Positions 51,240-64,000 of a DNA stretch of 64,000 nt are shown here, piece by piece (position 1 is the stretch's first letter; each line of letters begins with the position of its first letter). Made by a program: the position numbers and the translations under genes. The notes under the pieces were generated by a model. That model searched no databases. It saw nothing but the letters and a program-made list of their open reading frames with translations, and was not told the DNA's origin. Origin of the DNA: Utricularia gibba (taxonomy: Eukaryota > Plantae > Magnoliophyta); assembly GCA_002189035.1 (NCBI GenBank), contig NEEC01000031.1, positions 186,001 to 250,000 on the forward strand, written 5' to 3'.

Positions 51240-51655
51240 CCCCGTAGGCAGGCGCCATTAATAAAGGGGAGGCCGGAGGGAGCCTGCCTACACATAGCAT
51301 TGGAAGAAGATGTGCTGCCCTGTAGCACTAGAACTTGTGGTGGCCACTGGTGGAGGCACATTGCGATTGGCGAGAATGAAGAAACTGGAGTTAAACTAAT
51401 CAAGATTTGATCATCAATAACCCTTTGACTAATGAACCGTTTCATTGATCACCCTACGACTTTGGACTCCATAGAAGCAAACCATTTGCTGAAGAAAATT
51501 GAATTCAAAAAACATGTGGAGACCGGATGGGTGGACACATCATTCATTGCCTTTTGCTGGGGTTATATCCGTTGGTTAATCAGGGCGGGCGAATTTGGCA
51601 AGACACAACAATATAATGATGATGATGACAGTAATAATAATAATGGTAATATCAT

Positions 51656-54303
51656 CTATCTGTTCATCGGTTCCAGCTGAACCTCCGACGAAACGCCGTC
51701 CTTCTCTACGCTAACTCCGTTCGGACTCAACAGGTCAATGCCCTCTTCCTCACTGTTGCCCAATACCCAACTGCTTTGTCCGAGGCACTAATGCCTCGGC
51801 GTCGACTCATCGCACGGAACTCTAAATAAACTACGAACAAGGCCGTGACGAGGAACCAGAGTATCAGAGCCCAGCTGAGTCCGTGGACGTTTTCGTCGCC
51901 GTACCGGTCCCCTAAATGCTTCATTCCACTGAAGAGAGCTGCAATGCCCAACCCAAAACCGCATCTCCCGGTTATGACATGGATATACTCCCATATCACC
52001 CTCTTTGTGGAAGCTGCTTCCCCGTTTGCAGGCTTTTTGGGTCTTAGGTACGCGTTGATCGGCTGGGCTACCGCCAGAAATATTGCCACCAACCCCAAAA
52101 TAACATGTAAAGAATCGAGAATTAGACCACGCAGTTCAGCAACGGCAAAAAGAAATCCCAGGAAAACGATCGCCAATCCTGAGCGTTGCATGTACACGTG
52201 AATCCGGAACCAACTATCATCCTTCATGTGTTTTAGGTACCTAGCAGCCAGAATCCCTCCGGGCAGCAAAATCCCCCATGCCAGAAACATCATGAAACCA
52301 TGTACAGCCAAAACTGGCCACAAGCCCTCCTCGGCTTCTGCAGAGCCATGCATCAGCAGCACGCTCATCGGCCTCTTGCTGGTCATGAAATGCATGTTCC
52401 TCTCGCTCAGGTTGCTAGCAGTGGCGGACCACTGAGCGCCCATGGCCCATATAACTTTCAAAGGAGATGAAGGATCAATTATATTGCTGCACTCTGGCCT
52501 TCCCTTTCGATCACAACATGGATTCAGCGGACGTGTAAACTCCAGTGTGATAATGCTATTTTCAGATTTGCATCGTACATATGTCAAGTTCTCCTGTGTT
52601 GGATGCACATTTGAAGCATCCCTTCCATCAATCCAGTAAGTGCTCACATTTCCACCACCACTTTCGCCAATGTACCCCACGTAAACGTAGCTATTCACCA
52701 TCCCACGGCCAAATCCGATTGCAAGATAGCCACTTTTCTTCTCAGCTCTCGCAGCAATGGAGATTGAATTCTCTGACAAAGTCCAGAAGAACATAACTTG
52801 CTGATCATCCAACGCAACACTGTTATTATACATGTCTGGCAAACCTCCATCCACCACCTGGACTTTCCATCCCATTTTCGGCGTGAAAAGAGAATGGTAG
52901 TAAACAAGATCCGGCGTGTTTCTATCAGGTGCCCATGTCAACTCTGTTGGACTTGCTGGAACACCTTCTGCTTCTGGACCCCAAAATATATAGTTTCTGA
53001 CATGTTTCTCAAAGTTGCGTTCCCACCAATAGGATCCGATGTGATATAAAATGCCACATCATGTCCAGCTTGTATCGAAAACTTCACTGGAACACCCCTC
53101 TCTACCCTCAAAAGAGGAGCTTCTTTCTTGTTAATATAAAGAACTTTCGTAGGATTCGGGGGTTCGGATAGTGCAATGCCGGGCCACTCGATATAATGAT
53201 CGGATCCTTTTTATCAGCAATAACAAGATCCTGGTCCTCTTTATCCACAGCATCAAGTGGTCCTATACAATCATTTCTATGCTCAGATATGTTAAGCCTC
53301 AAATGACCAAAACTTCCACCATGATTCTGAGGAAGGTAGAAAGGACGAATACTATCTGGTGGCTTCATCGAGCCAGTAGCCCATATCACAACCATATTTT
53401 CCTTGGGATCAACTTTGATGTCATAGTTGGTATCATTAGATTGCAATTGCCTCCTGTACCTGATAAATGATACTCCATCGCTTCTATGCCATAGACTAAG
53501 CTCGTGTCATTTTCCAGGCCACTGGAAACAGAAGTATTATAGATTGTATCCGGACAAACACCCTGAACAGTTCCATCCTGATTTTTCGTGCATTCAGTCA
53601 TTTTTGTAATATAATAATCATGGGCAAATGGCAAGCCATCATTATCAAAGCCTGCAACAACAACATCACTCCCTATCATCAAAGAACCTGAAGCATTGGG
53701 CTTTGCCCAACCAAAAGCCATGTAACCATCAATTTCAACAGTAGCCTCCAAAGCAATTTCCATGGAATCATTTCCAGTTTCAAAATTCCACCACATCCGA
53801 TATGTATCCAACAAAACTATACAATTTCTTAGAGCAGTAAGTGGTTGGACTATTGATGGATTCACCCCACCATCTGGAGAGTAATTACTCAACAAAACAT
53901 GGCCAAAATCAGAAGATGTTGGAACATCCCAAACTGCAACAACTTCGATTTGATCCCAAGTCAAATTATCCCGCAAATGAACAATAAAGCTCTCATTTTT
54001 GAATGTCTGATTAAGAGGAAAATCTGAAATGATGAAGCCATTAGTGAGATTTTGAAAGTCATCCCCAGCTGCACCCCACCAGTGGACATCAGACCCCGGG
54101 AGCATATCAAACTGAGAAACCCGAAACGAACAGCCATCGAGGATGGAAAACTGACCACGAAGCTGATGCTGAACCATTGTAAATTGTGAGGTAAAGTTGA
54201 GAAGAGACGAATTGGTCAAATGGCATCCCATACCCGGATCAGAATAGGAGAGATGAATAAAACCCAGGAGAACACATGAAATGAAGAGAGCGGTTGGGGC
54301 CAT
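51656..54303 (-). CDS. DM13 + DOMON + cytochrome b561 domain protein (At5g54830-like), intronless CDS
   Basis: Signal peptide, DM13 (QHQLRGQFSILDGCSFRVSQFDMLPGSDVHWWGA), DOMON (YMAFGWA..MIGSDVVVAGF), a second DOMON (YLAIGFGRGMVNSYVY) and cyt b561 (LAVHGFMMFLAWGILLPGGILAARY..H..H..WEYIHVITGR). Three 1-nt frameshifts (53489, 53158, 51780). Likely 5' UTR intron at about 54391-54773. Confidence 0.92.
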
Positions 54304-56451
54304 AATGAGAGACTGGCTACGAGGGATCGTACTCCGTCCCATGAGAATCCAGTATACTCAAATACACATAATTCACCAGTTTGCAGTCGTCTGCAACTGA
54401 CTGACTAGTTTAGAAAAAAGGAGTTTTTAGAAAGAGAAACCGAAACAAAGAGTTCCCCTGGGTAAGTTGCCCCTTTCAAGTCTGAAGATGCAATTTTGAA
54501 CAGAGAAGTTCTACCTTCCTTCCAAATGCATTCAACCTAGAGCGGAATTTCTCTAAACCTGGTTGGTCCCTGTAAGTACAAAGTTAAGACGAGTAGCATG
54601 ATGGGGGATAAATGGGTCTGGGTGGACTAGAACAAACACAGAAATTAGAGAGCGTGATGTTTTTGAGAAGGTCATAACCAGTCGTCAAGGCATGGAATAG
54701 TCAATGACAATCTGGATTACCAGACAGAACCTTGAAATCGATCCAATTCAAATTCAGAAAGGCGGGTGGCTTACCTTGACAGGAATAAAGGTGATGAAAA
54801 CGCTCAATGATCAACGAAACTATCATCAAGATGAGGAACACGGAACTAAAACGGCTGTCCCTCAGCAGAAACTTCCTCGGCGCCGATCTCCGATCTGCCG
54901 TCGTCGTTAGGCGTCTTCGTCCCCGCGAGACATCTAAATTGCGGCCGCCAGGAAATCCTGAAACATTCGATTTCAATTTCAATCCAAAGAAACTCACCAA
55001 GAAAAGGAAGAAATAAACGCGCACACACATGAATCCCTTACACCGCGTATGTAGTAAGATGAATCCGGGATCATCAAACAAACCCATGTATTCATTCAAT
55101 TCAATTGAGAGGGATATTCACCTTCACAGCGCAAAAGCTGATGCTGTAATCAACAGCAAGAGCATGGAACTTGAGAAAAATTGGATTGGGGGTTTTGTTG
55201 ATATGATCCCCCCGAGCCTTTCCCCTTTAACTCGGCCGGCGTATCTTCGGGGAAGGGTGTTATCGTCAGATCACTTTGGTCTGACTTTTTTTAATTAAGA
55301 GCAGTCTTGTAGGCATTTAGGATCTGTCTTTGCTACTTCAACATTAATTTGGAATAAATAAAATAACAATAGCCATCCACATAAAGTTTAAATTTTTAAC
55401 ATCATCGAATGGTCGGTACAGTTGACACTTGACATTGCAACAGTAATTGTGTACAAAAGTCAAAGGGCTGCTCATAAGAAGTATGTACAGCTTCTACTCT
55501 ACTGCATTCCGTTGCGAGGAGGTAGCTCCAAGGGAATGAATGCTCAACAGGGTATTCTATTAATATTTGTGTTACACAATGCACCCGGGTTTGTACTGAA
55601 TGGAAATGAACCAACTCACATCTCATGAAGGGAGGAGGAAACTCACTCTGAAATCCGGAGCCAGCAGCTTCGAGCTTCATAGACAGACTTCCCATTCTGG
55701 AACCCGGTTAGCCGCCTTCATCGGGAATGGAGAGCGACCATTTAAAGTGTAAGAAGATGGCTGGCAGCCGCTGTAAATGATTGCTAATTAATCACATCCG
55801 TTCCTGGAAATATATCTATCCATTTCCAGTCAACACCCAGAGCGAGAAGTTTGCGTGGAGAAGGATCCACGTAAAGAAGATAGTGAAGGTGGAACCACAA
55901 AAGTCGCTAATGAATGAGATTGACGGCTTGCGATTCTCTAGTAGAACCACTGTTCAGCTTTTTTACAAAAGAAAAAAATGGGTTGCACGCTCTTAAATTC
56001 GAACATGTTCACCTCCCTCTCCCATGCAAGACGCCAAAAAGAGTTGTATGGGAAGAATTTAAAAAATGTTTCATTATTCCAACATCCCAAGTGGAAAGAA
56101 TGGTGGGAGCCTCTTTAAGTTTTTCCTCTAGGTAGAGCATGTGATCTGAGCAGAGGACGCTCATGAGGGTGACTTGCAACTTCCCCTTTGTTTGGTTTTC
56201 GGCAATTCTTTAAGATAATGGATTTGGACACTTTGGTGTGTATCGCATTCTATTCGGTACTCTATATTTTTATAAAAATCAGTGACTATACTAATATAGA
56301 TACGAAAATCCGATGTTTCAAACGAATGTACACATACTTGGGAGTGGGGTAAAAGGGCACTAAAGTGGAGAAAGAACCAAACTTGGCATAAAAATTTATT
56401 TCAGGAGCGAAACTGTCAGCAACCAAAATGCTTAGCAGACTGTAATCATCA

Positions 56452-57427
56452 TCAATCAGCTCTTTCTACAGTAGTTTTGAAGAGAAGTATGTACAGTTTG
56501 TGATCCAAGCACAAGTAAATGAAGGCACCCACTGAATGAGTCACAAATGAACCGAAGCTGGTCCCCACGATGCAGTGCCAAGCCGGACCATATACCCCGT
56601 CAAACTCCTGCACAAACCCATGTTCATCAATCCACCAAGAAAGGGAAAAACAGAGTTACCATTTACCAGTTTACCACCGGATCCCCTGCATTGAAGGTAG
56701 CACCAACTACCGACTAGTCTGTCTCAATTCAGCATTGACAAGGAGCTTAAACAGTAAGGTGATGCTCTGGTCGATTCCTTACCTTTTTTATGGTTAAAGC
56801 CATTGTCTTTGAGGTGAGCTTCTCCAAACTGTCGTGAGCTCTTCTTGCAGAGTCGACGGCGTGAATCTGCATGAAGGGAGGCATATCTACTGCCAGTATC
56901 TTGCAACCAGATGAAGAGAAGAAATAGGCGAGCTCAAACGGTGAGCTGCCGAACGACAATCTCCCTCTGCATCCGGCTAGCATCGAGGGCGATGGAAATG
57001 AGGAAACAGAGACTCTTCTCACCTCCTTCACCTCATCTTCCTCCGGAATCGGTTGGGGGAATTGGGACCCACTTTTGGAACCCTGTCTACAAAATTTGGG
57101 CTTCTCTAGGGCGTGTTTCATGAAAAATTGAGGCTCTGGGGCGGGGATCGAGCTTCTCCCCTCATGCTGGCTTCTTGATTTCCTCAAAATTGTGGAAGAA
57201 GAAGAGATTGAGGACGGTTTGGATGTGGTATCATCTAACTCGGGCTCAGGGTGGGGGTGGGGAGGTGGGTTGGGGTGCCTCAAGTTGAACCCAAGTTTCC
57301 TGTGATTAGCGTAGAGCTTCGAAAATCTCTGGGAAATGCTGTGGATCATAAACGACGGAGAAGGATGGGGATCTGGGAGTGGATGCAGCGGCTCCGGCGA
57401 TGGGCGACGGTTGTTCTTGGGTTCCAT
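56452..57427 (-). CDS. Dynein light chain LC8-family protein with long plant-specific N-terminal extension; exons 57427-56782, 56606-56452
   Basis: [39 protein letters not shown]|[40 protein letters not shown]. Confidence 0.92.
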
Positions 57428-58030
57428 GTGCCGGCGATGGAGAAGATGGGGCTGAGGGTGCGCTGCGAGATGGATAGGGCAGTAGCAGGGGAGGGGGGGG
57501 GGGGGGGTGTTGCTATTGCTATTCTGCTGATGAATATGTACGGTGTGGGAAGAGAGGAGCACTAAAATGCGCCGAGTCCCCCATGATCTGCTGCTTGGTC
57601 GTAGGCAGACAGACACGTGGGACACTGGCTAGCTCGATTCCATTCAATGGCGCTACACTACACTGCTGCTCCTACTCCTACTCCTACTCCGCCCCCCTGC
57701 GCGCAGTTCCGTGACGTAGTGGGAAAGTAAAACAAGCTTCCCACTCCACGGCCCACGCCAAAGAAACATTTTTGTTGCAGAAAAAAGGAAGCTGTTACGG
57801 GGGAACTGGCGATGGGATGTAACAATTGTATGCAGCTGTTGGTGTGTTGGTGATGGTGATGCTTTGCATTACTTATTGTTGTGGACTGGGAGTTGCCACT
57901 TGGTGGTGTAGGTGATTAGTCTGGTTATGCAGTCACGTGGTGTGCCTGGAGTCGTGTTTAGGCCGGAGGGAGGGCGTTACCAAGAGAGAGCTCCTCCTGC
58001 CCCGGGCCCGGTCGTCGGGATCTACCACCC

Positions 58031-58059
58031 CAGGCTCAGGCTCAGGCTCAGGCTCAGGC
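58031..58059. repeat. (CTCAGG)n hexamer repeat
   Basis: caggctcaggctcaggctcaggctcaggc; similar short arrays are (CTCCTA)n at about 57669 and (GCCT)n at about 58326. Confidence 0.8.
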
Positions 58060-58967
58060 CCAGCGGCTCCGTTTTGAATTTCTGTGGAGCCTACTGCTAC
58101 AGTGGACCTATTCCACCTCAGACCATCCGCCCCCTTTGTTTGACCTTTTTTGATTTGTAGATGCTGCTAATTTGTAAGTAAAAGCAGCAGCAAGATTTGA
58201 ACAATCTGTATTTGCACCAGGCGTGTGCAGGTGCTGGGGGATTGGGAAAGGGAAAGGAGGGCAGGGCATCCCCACTCACTCACTCAATCTACCTGGTAAC
58301 AAAATTGAGTAACGGGATCGGTTGTGCCTGCCTGCCTGCCTGCCTGGTTCTAGTTAGTATCTTTCTCTCATCAACATAACACCATTTGCACTTGTTTGAG
58401 CCTTCCCCTTAAACTCCATACCCCATACTTGGTATTTTTGTCTGCCTTCGTATTTCCATGTTTGAATTAGGTAATATATTTATTATTTTCTATCCGGTTC
58501 CCGATTTTAAAAAGGGAAAAAGTTGAATTTGAAAAGGGGGCCGGGGCCGGGGGAGAACTTGGATGCATCGTCATCTTTCACTCGACTACTCAACTTTGGG
58601 GAGGGAATAGGCGCGTGTAACCCTACGATCCCCTTCAACGCACACCACGTCTCCCCCCCTCCTCCCTCTCTCCGCCAATAGATACACTCAACTTGTGTAT
58701 CTACCCCTGTGCCGCTCGAAGACGCGGTCGCGGTGGTGGTACCCCCTTAGGCTCAACCCTGTACTGAACTAATATCCGCCTATTGGAGGAGGCGTTGTTT
58801 CCAGGTCCCGGACAAAAGCGTGCCTCTTGGATTCTATGAACCCCTCCCTATTCTATTTCTTTCTGTTGATCTTCGCTTCATTCGCATGATCGCCGCCCTA
58901 TTTCGCACCATTTCCCCTACACCCTTCTTCCTTTTTATTCTTTTCTGAAAATTCTACCAGTTGGAAG

Positions 58968-61799
58968 ATGAAGTCGGCCAATTCGGAAGTCTTGTTTGGC
59001 GTTGCCCGGAAGAGGTCAGCTCGACTCCTGCTTCTGGTGTTTGTCTTATACGTTATTTTGGTGGGTTTCGAGGTTCCTATACTATTTAGAAACGGACTGA
59101 GTATGGTATCTGAAGAGGGGTTGGTTAGCAGCAGTAACGGGATCATGAATTCAAAGCCTTTTGCACTTGAAAGCGAGGAGAATCTGGAGGAGAAAGAGGC
59201 CCCTATTCGCCCCTTTGATGTTTCATATCAGAGAAACAGCAGAGAGCTGACCAAGCCGTCGCTTTCTACCTTGAATTTCTCTGCAGCCATCGCTGATTCG
59301 AGTATGGAAGGCGGGATGTTTAATTCCGCAAGAGATGCCCTTGAACTCGGTAGAAGGCTTTGGAAAGATGTTGAATTGATCCATAAAAACAATATCAGGT
59401 CTTCTTTCAGCGCACCCACGGGCAGCAGGGATTCTGAGACGTGCCCACATTCAGTATCGGTCACAGACGATGAATTTTCAAGGAATGGGAAACTTCTGGT
59501 GTTGCCTTGTGGGCTCACGTTGGGGTCCCATATCACGGTGATCGGAAAACCGAGGGGGCACACGCTGAAACTGATACAAAGATTTCGCTTTTGAGGGAGG
59601 GGCAGTATATAATGGTCTCACAGTTTATGATGGAGTTGCAAGGGCTGAAGGCTGTGGAAGGGGAGGATCCTCCGAGAATACTGCATTTTAATCCTAGGCT
59701 GAAGGGGGACTGGAGCGGGAAGCCAGTCATTGAGATGAATACCTGTTACCGCATGCAGTGGGGAACCTCGCACCGATGTGAAGGTTGGAGGTCTCGGGCG
59801 GATGAGGAGACGGGTGAGTGCAATATTTATGGGGCAAATGTTACTCCTAATCTGTGTTTTGCTTGCTTTTTGTATGTACTAAGTGTTAAGCCATCTATCT
59901 CATCACGGATGGTTAACTACTGATCTTGATCAAGAAATGGTGACTGCCACCAATGACATCTGTGCAACTTGAAATTGTACTGTCGAAATTGGGTTAACTG
60001 TTGAGGTTGCTAGAAAGTTGAAAATTTATGCTCTTTGTTTTCCCACTTTAGATATGTATTTTCTTAGGATTTTTGTAGTGGAAAAAACGTTGAATGTGAA
60101 TTTTCGTTGCTTCGCAGTGTGCACTGTATGGTATCATCACTCGTATTATATTTGAAGTGCAATATGCAGTCAAGATCCTTGATGGGTACTGCAGCTTATT
60201 TGATGAATTTTGTGCAGTTGATGAAATGGTCAAATGTGAACGTTGGATTCGGGATGATGATATCAAATCAGAGGAATCAAAGTCTGCATGGTGGTTGGCC
60301 CGTTTAATTGGAAGAACCAAAAAGGTTTCTGTTGATTGGCCTTACCCTTTTGTGGAAGACAAATTATTTGTACTCACTCTCACAGCTGGTTTGGAAGGTT
60401 ACCATGTCAACGTTGATGGAAGGCATGTCACCTCATTTCCTTACCGAACGGTGAGAATTCTACTGGATTTCAATGTTCCTTAGTTTTTTAATGTGTTCTT
60501 TTATGAATATTTATGTTTTGAAGTATAAAACTAGGGATTTGCCCTTGAGGATGCTACTGGATTATCAATCAATGGAGATGTCGACATCCAATCTGTTTTT
60601 GCTGCTTCATTGCCATCTTCGCATCCCAGTTTTGCACCTCAGAGACATCTTGATTTGTCTGAAAGATGGAAGGCTCCTCCGATCCCAGACAAACCTGCTG
60701 AACTATTCATAGGTATTCTTTCGGCTGGAAACCACTTTGCAGAACGTATGGCTGTGAGGAAGTCCTGGATGCAGCATAATCTTATCAAATCTTCAAAAGC
60801 TGTTGCACGGTTTTTTGTTGCATTGGTGGGTACATACAAATTGTTTCTTGAATTATGAAAAGATATTCTTGAGCTAAGATTGGAGCCAATGTTTTTAACA
60901 GCACGGACGGAAAGAGGTAAACATAGAATTAAGGAAGGAAGCAGAGTTTTTTGGTGACATTGTTATAGTTCCATATATGGACAACTATGATCTGGTTGTT
61001 CTCAAAACGATAGCCATCTGCGATTATGGGGTTAGTTGTGAATTGCCAACCAAATCTTTACCACTCTGCCACTCTCAGTTTCCTATCTTCAACTCAATTT
61101 GTCTACTGGTGTTGTTGCAGGTGAGGATTGTGGCTGCCAAATATGTTATGAAGGGAGACGATGACACATTCGTAAGGATAGATGCTATTATCGATGAAGC
61201 GAGAAAACTTCAAGACAGGAGCTTTTACATCGGAAATATGAACTACTATCATAAGCCACAGCGTAGTGGTAAATGGGCTGTTACATATGAGGTATATTGC
61301 CTTGCTGTAAGATTGCCCTTATTTTGATGAACTACTATCATGTTTTCATGTTTTTGTTTTGACCTTGTTGCGCTCATTTATGTTTTGTGCTTTTTAGGAA
61401 TGGCCAGAGGAAAGTTACCCACCATATGCAAACGGACCGGGTTATATACTCTCATCCGATATTGCAAAATCCATTCTTTCCGAATTCCATGGAGGCAAGC
61501 TACGGGTAAGCATAGCCAAACCTCTTTATTCTTGTACAATGCAGGTTTTCATTTCCCATTTTTCTTGAGCTGGAACTTGTTATTGGCAGTTGTTCAAAAT
61601 GGAAGATGTTAGTGTGGGAATGTGGGTTGAGAAATTTAATGGCACAACCCCAGTGGAGTATGTCCACAGCCTGAAATTCTGCCAATTTGGGTGTGTCGAA
61701 GACTACATAACTGCACATTACCAGTCCCCAAGGCAAATGCTCTGCCTTTGGGAGAAGCTAATACTTTTTGGTAGGCCTTCTTGTTGCAACATGAGATGA
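58968..61799 (+). CDS. Hydroxyproline O-galactosyltransferase (GT31 with galectin domain; GALT6/GALT4-like), 7 exons
   Basis: N-terminal [104 protein letters not shown] and [15 protein letters not shown]. One 1-nt frameshift at G5 59554-59558. Confidence 0.95.
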
Positions 61800-62081
61800 T
61801 CGAAGCATGGTATCTATACGTAAAGAAACATTAACTGAATTATCCATCGGAATTCAGAATCAGTGATCAAATTTTGCGGAGGGGGCATCACGGTGTGTTG
61901 TAATTCTCTATGTGCAGGTGCTGTGCTCTGTAAAATAGCTTTGGCAGCAGAGGTTGGATAGTTCACTGTTCATAAAAGTTAACACAACAGTTTAACTGGA
62001 TCGTAATCTGAATGAGTTATATATTATCTTTTGAATGACTGCAACTATACATCAAAACAATGAAACGTGTTTTCCATCATC

Positions 62082-64000
62082 TTAGACCAAAATCGTGAGA
62101 AGCAAACCCATGGCTGAAACCAGGAGGAGAGGCCTCCTGCACATATATCCAGCCGGGTTTGCAGGGGGAGGGGGTTGTGCAGCATTGTGGCCCGGTGATG
62201 CCGGCTCAGTGGACTGGCCTTCCCTTGAGCATGTGAAGTTGCAACGGCTTGAGTGAACAACCCTGTAAACTCCACTGTTTGCGAGAAGATAAACATCCTT
62301 GTTGTTATCTTGGCCGAAGGAAAAGATGTAGCTGAGAGAGGGGAACGACTGATTGGGAGCAAACGAGCAATTCAAAGGAGAATCTTGTGCGCAGTTGAAC
62401 GGAATCCTGATGCTGGTGAAGTTTCCGCTGTTGCTAGGACTTTCTGTGCCTGCCCACATAGCGCTACCATAAAGATCCGCATACAAGTACCTGCACATGC
62501 AAGAATTATAGAACCAGCCCTTCAAAAGAATTTCTGTGCCTGTCCAAGATGGTTGCTAGCTTTGGGACGGAGTTGTACCTTCCATACATACAGGGATCAG
62601 TCATAGATCGATACACGTAGCCGCCAGTAATCGATGCGGAGCGTTCGTACGAGCTCACTTCTGAGTGATCATACCCCATGACAGGGAAGATCAGCCTGAT
62701 TGCATCTACATTGATATTGGGGCCAAGAGACTGAGTAGGAGTGTTGGGGTAATGGCCCTCGTATGCACGCCACCCATAATTTCCTTTTTTGGTGATCAAA
62801 TCAACCTCCTCGTATACATCCTGTTGCAGTCAACTAGAATCAAAGTAAAAGCCGTGGCCATGACAACAAAAACTTATCACATGCTGCTGGGAATAACATA
62901 AGAGGAATTCAGTACCTGCCCCACGTCCCCGCACATGAAATATGAATTTCGCTCTGAATCAAAGCTACATCTCCATGGATTTCGGAAACCCAAAGACCAT
63001 ATCTCTTTCTGCGTATCTGGATATTCTCTGTAAGGGTTGTCCTTTGGAATAGAGTAGTTTCCCCATAGGTTAAGTTGAGCAGCCTCGGTTTCACCTAAAA
63101 TAACATTGAACAAGTTGCATGCACAGCAGAATCAAGTCTCTGCTAGGAATATGAATATGCAGGATATATCACACAGAAGCATCTCACTTGGTAAATTGTC
63201 AACGTCAAACCTCATGATCTTCCCAAGCAGAGATTTCTTGTTCAAGGCGAAGTTATATGCGTCTCCTGTAGCCCCACCATCTCCCATCATGAAGTACAAG
63301 TATCCATCGTCTGGTCCAAAAATTATTTGCCCTCCGTGGTGAGTTGTGAATGGGAGCCCCATAGTGAATATTCTGCGAACTTCCATAGGATTACCTCTAG
63401 TTGCCTGAAAAAATAGCCCCTTGTATTATATTTTCATTCAGGCTAAGATAACTTGGGCGGTTTAGCACATACCATTGAAGGGTGTGAAGCTGTTCCATTT
63501 ACGGTAAACTCGGAAATGACGCTATGGTACCGGCAGGGAGATGCACCGTTGACAGGAGTCAGGGTAGAGGGATCACACCCAACATCTGTATTACATGCAC
63601 ATCTACCTACGCAGTCTGGCGACTTTTCCTTATCACAGTTGTAGGAAACAAAGAACCGGCCATTCTCAATAAATCTTGGATGAAAAGCAATTCCAAGCAG
63701 ACCAAATTCATTATCAAAATGAACTTCATCTGTTAAATCTAGAAAAGGTCTGGCCTCATCAAGCTCCAGCACCCCACCTGAACCTATTTCAGGAATGGTT
63801 GCCAACCAAATCCTTCCTGCCTGGTTTGCAAACAATGCCCTGTTAGAGCCATCAGGGTGAGCAGCCATGTCTAAGAATGACCCATTTCCAATTTTCTCTA
63901 GGCACAAACCACTTGGGGGGCTAGCAACATCAGTCACATTTAACACCACCGGTGATCCGCTAAAGCAAGGTAATCCATCAGCCGAAGCTCCACCAAGTGC
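62082..64000 (-). CDS. HIPL1-like (Hedgehog-interacting-protein-like, glucose/sorbosone dehydrogenase beta-propeller) protein; 5' end lies outside the window
   Basis: GLCLEKIGNGSFLDMAAHPDGSNR, GLLGIAFHPRF..GRFFVSYNCDK, HHGGQIIFGPDDGYLYFMMGDGG, EIWSLGFRNPWRCSFDS, SITGGYVYRS, YIFSFGQDNNKDVY and a hydrophobic GPI-type C-terminus. Confidence 0.93.

Noticed and set aside
16692-59558. Programmed ribosomal frameshifting or insertion RNA editing as the explanation for the split ORFs
   Set aside because: No shared slippery heptamer or stimulatory structure, no precedent I know of for plant nuclear mRNAs, and the pattern matches homopolymer sequencing error.
61135-61175. GALT motif reads MKGDDDTF rather than the recalled MKCDDDTF
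   Set aside because: The catalytic DDD is intact and the preceding residue varies across GT31 members.
62440-62545. 12-nt exon sequence (TTTCTGTGCCTG) duplicated in the adjacent HIPL1 intron
   Set aside because: Too short to infer a duplication or a transposon footprint.

Overview
Eukaryotic, land-plant (eudicot, probably asterid) nuclear DNA that is very gene-dense: about 21 protein-coding genes plus one decayed gene in 64 kb, with most introns about 65-110 nt. This fits a miniaturised genome such as Utricularia or Genlisea (inference). Genes in order: rolling-stone-like membrane protein, BOI-type RING E3, clade-I borate exporter (BOR1-like), PORR splicing factor, DOF5.6/HCA2-like factor, ISU1, AIPP1/EDM3, DUF1645, CASPL4A, TOP1, a small KKIREWSE-family protein, RDR2, DUF4228, MNS5, a U-box/ARM E3, pTAC2, a TORTIFOLIA1-like relic, an MRS2 transporter, a DM13-DOMON-cytochrome b561 protein, a dynein light chain, a Hyp-O-galactosyltransferase and HIPL1 (truncated by the window edge). 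I found no tRNA, rRNA, snRNA, known miRNA, transposon or CRISPR feature, and no convincing wholly new biological system. Caveat: at least 12 reading-frame breaks, each repaired by adding exactly one base and nearly all in G/C runs, point to uncorrected long-read consensus errors rather than pseudogenes. Best leads: a genuinely decayed TORTIFOLIA1-like gene that now forms the pTAC2 upstream region; an MRS2 with AMN instead of GMN and three consecutive stop-free 3n introns; AUG-stop minimal uORFs upstream of the borate exporter; a candidate extra intron in the DOF gene; and a canonical as-1 element. Family assignments and Arabidopsis locus IDs are from recalled motifs, not database searches.
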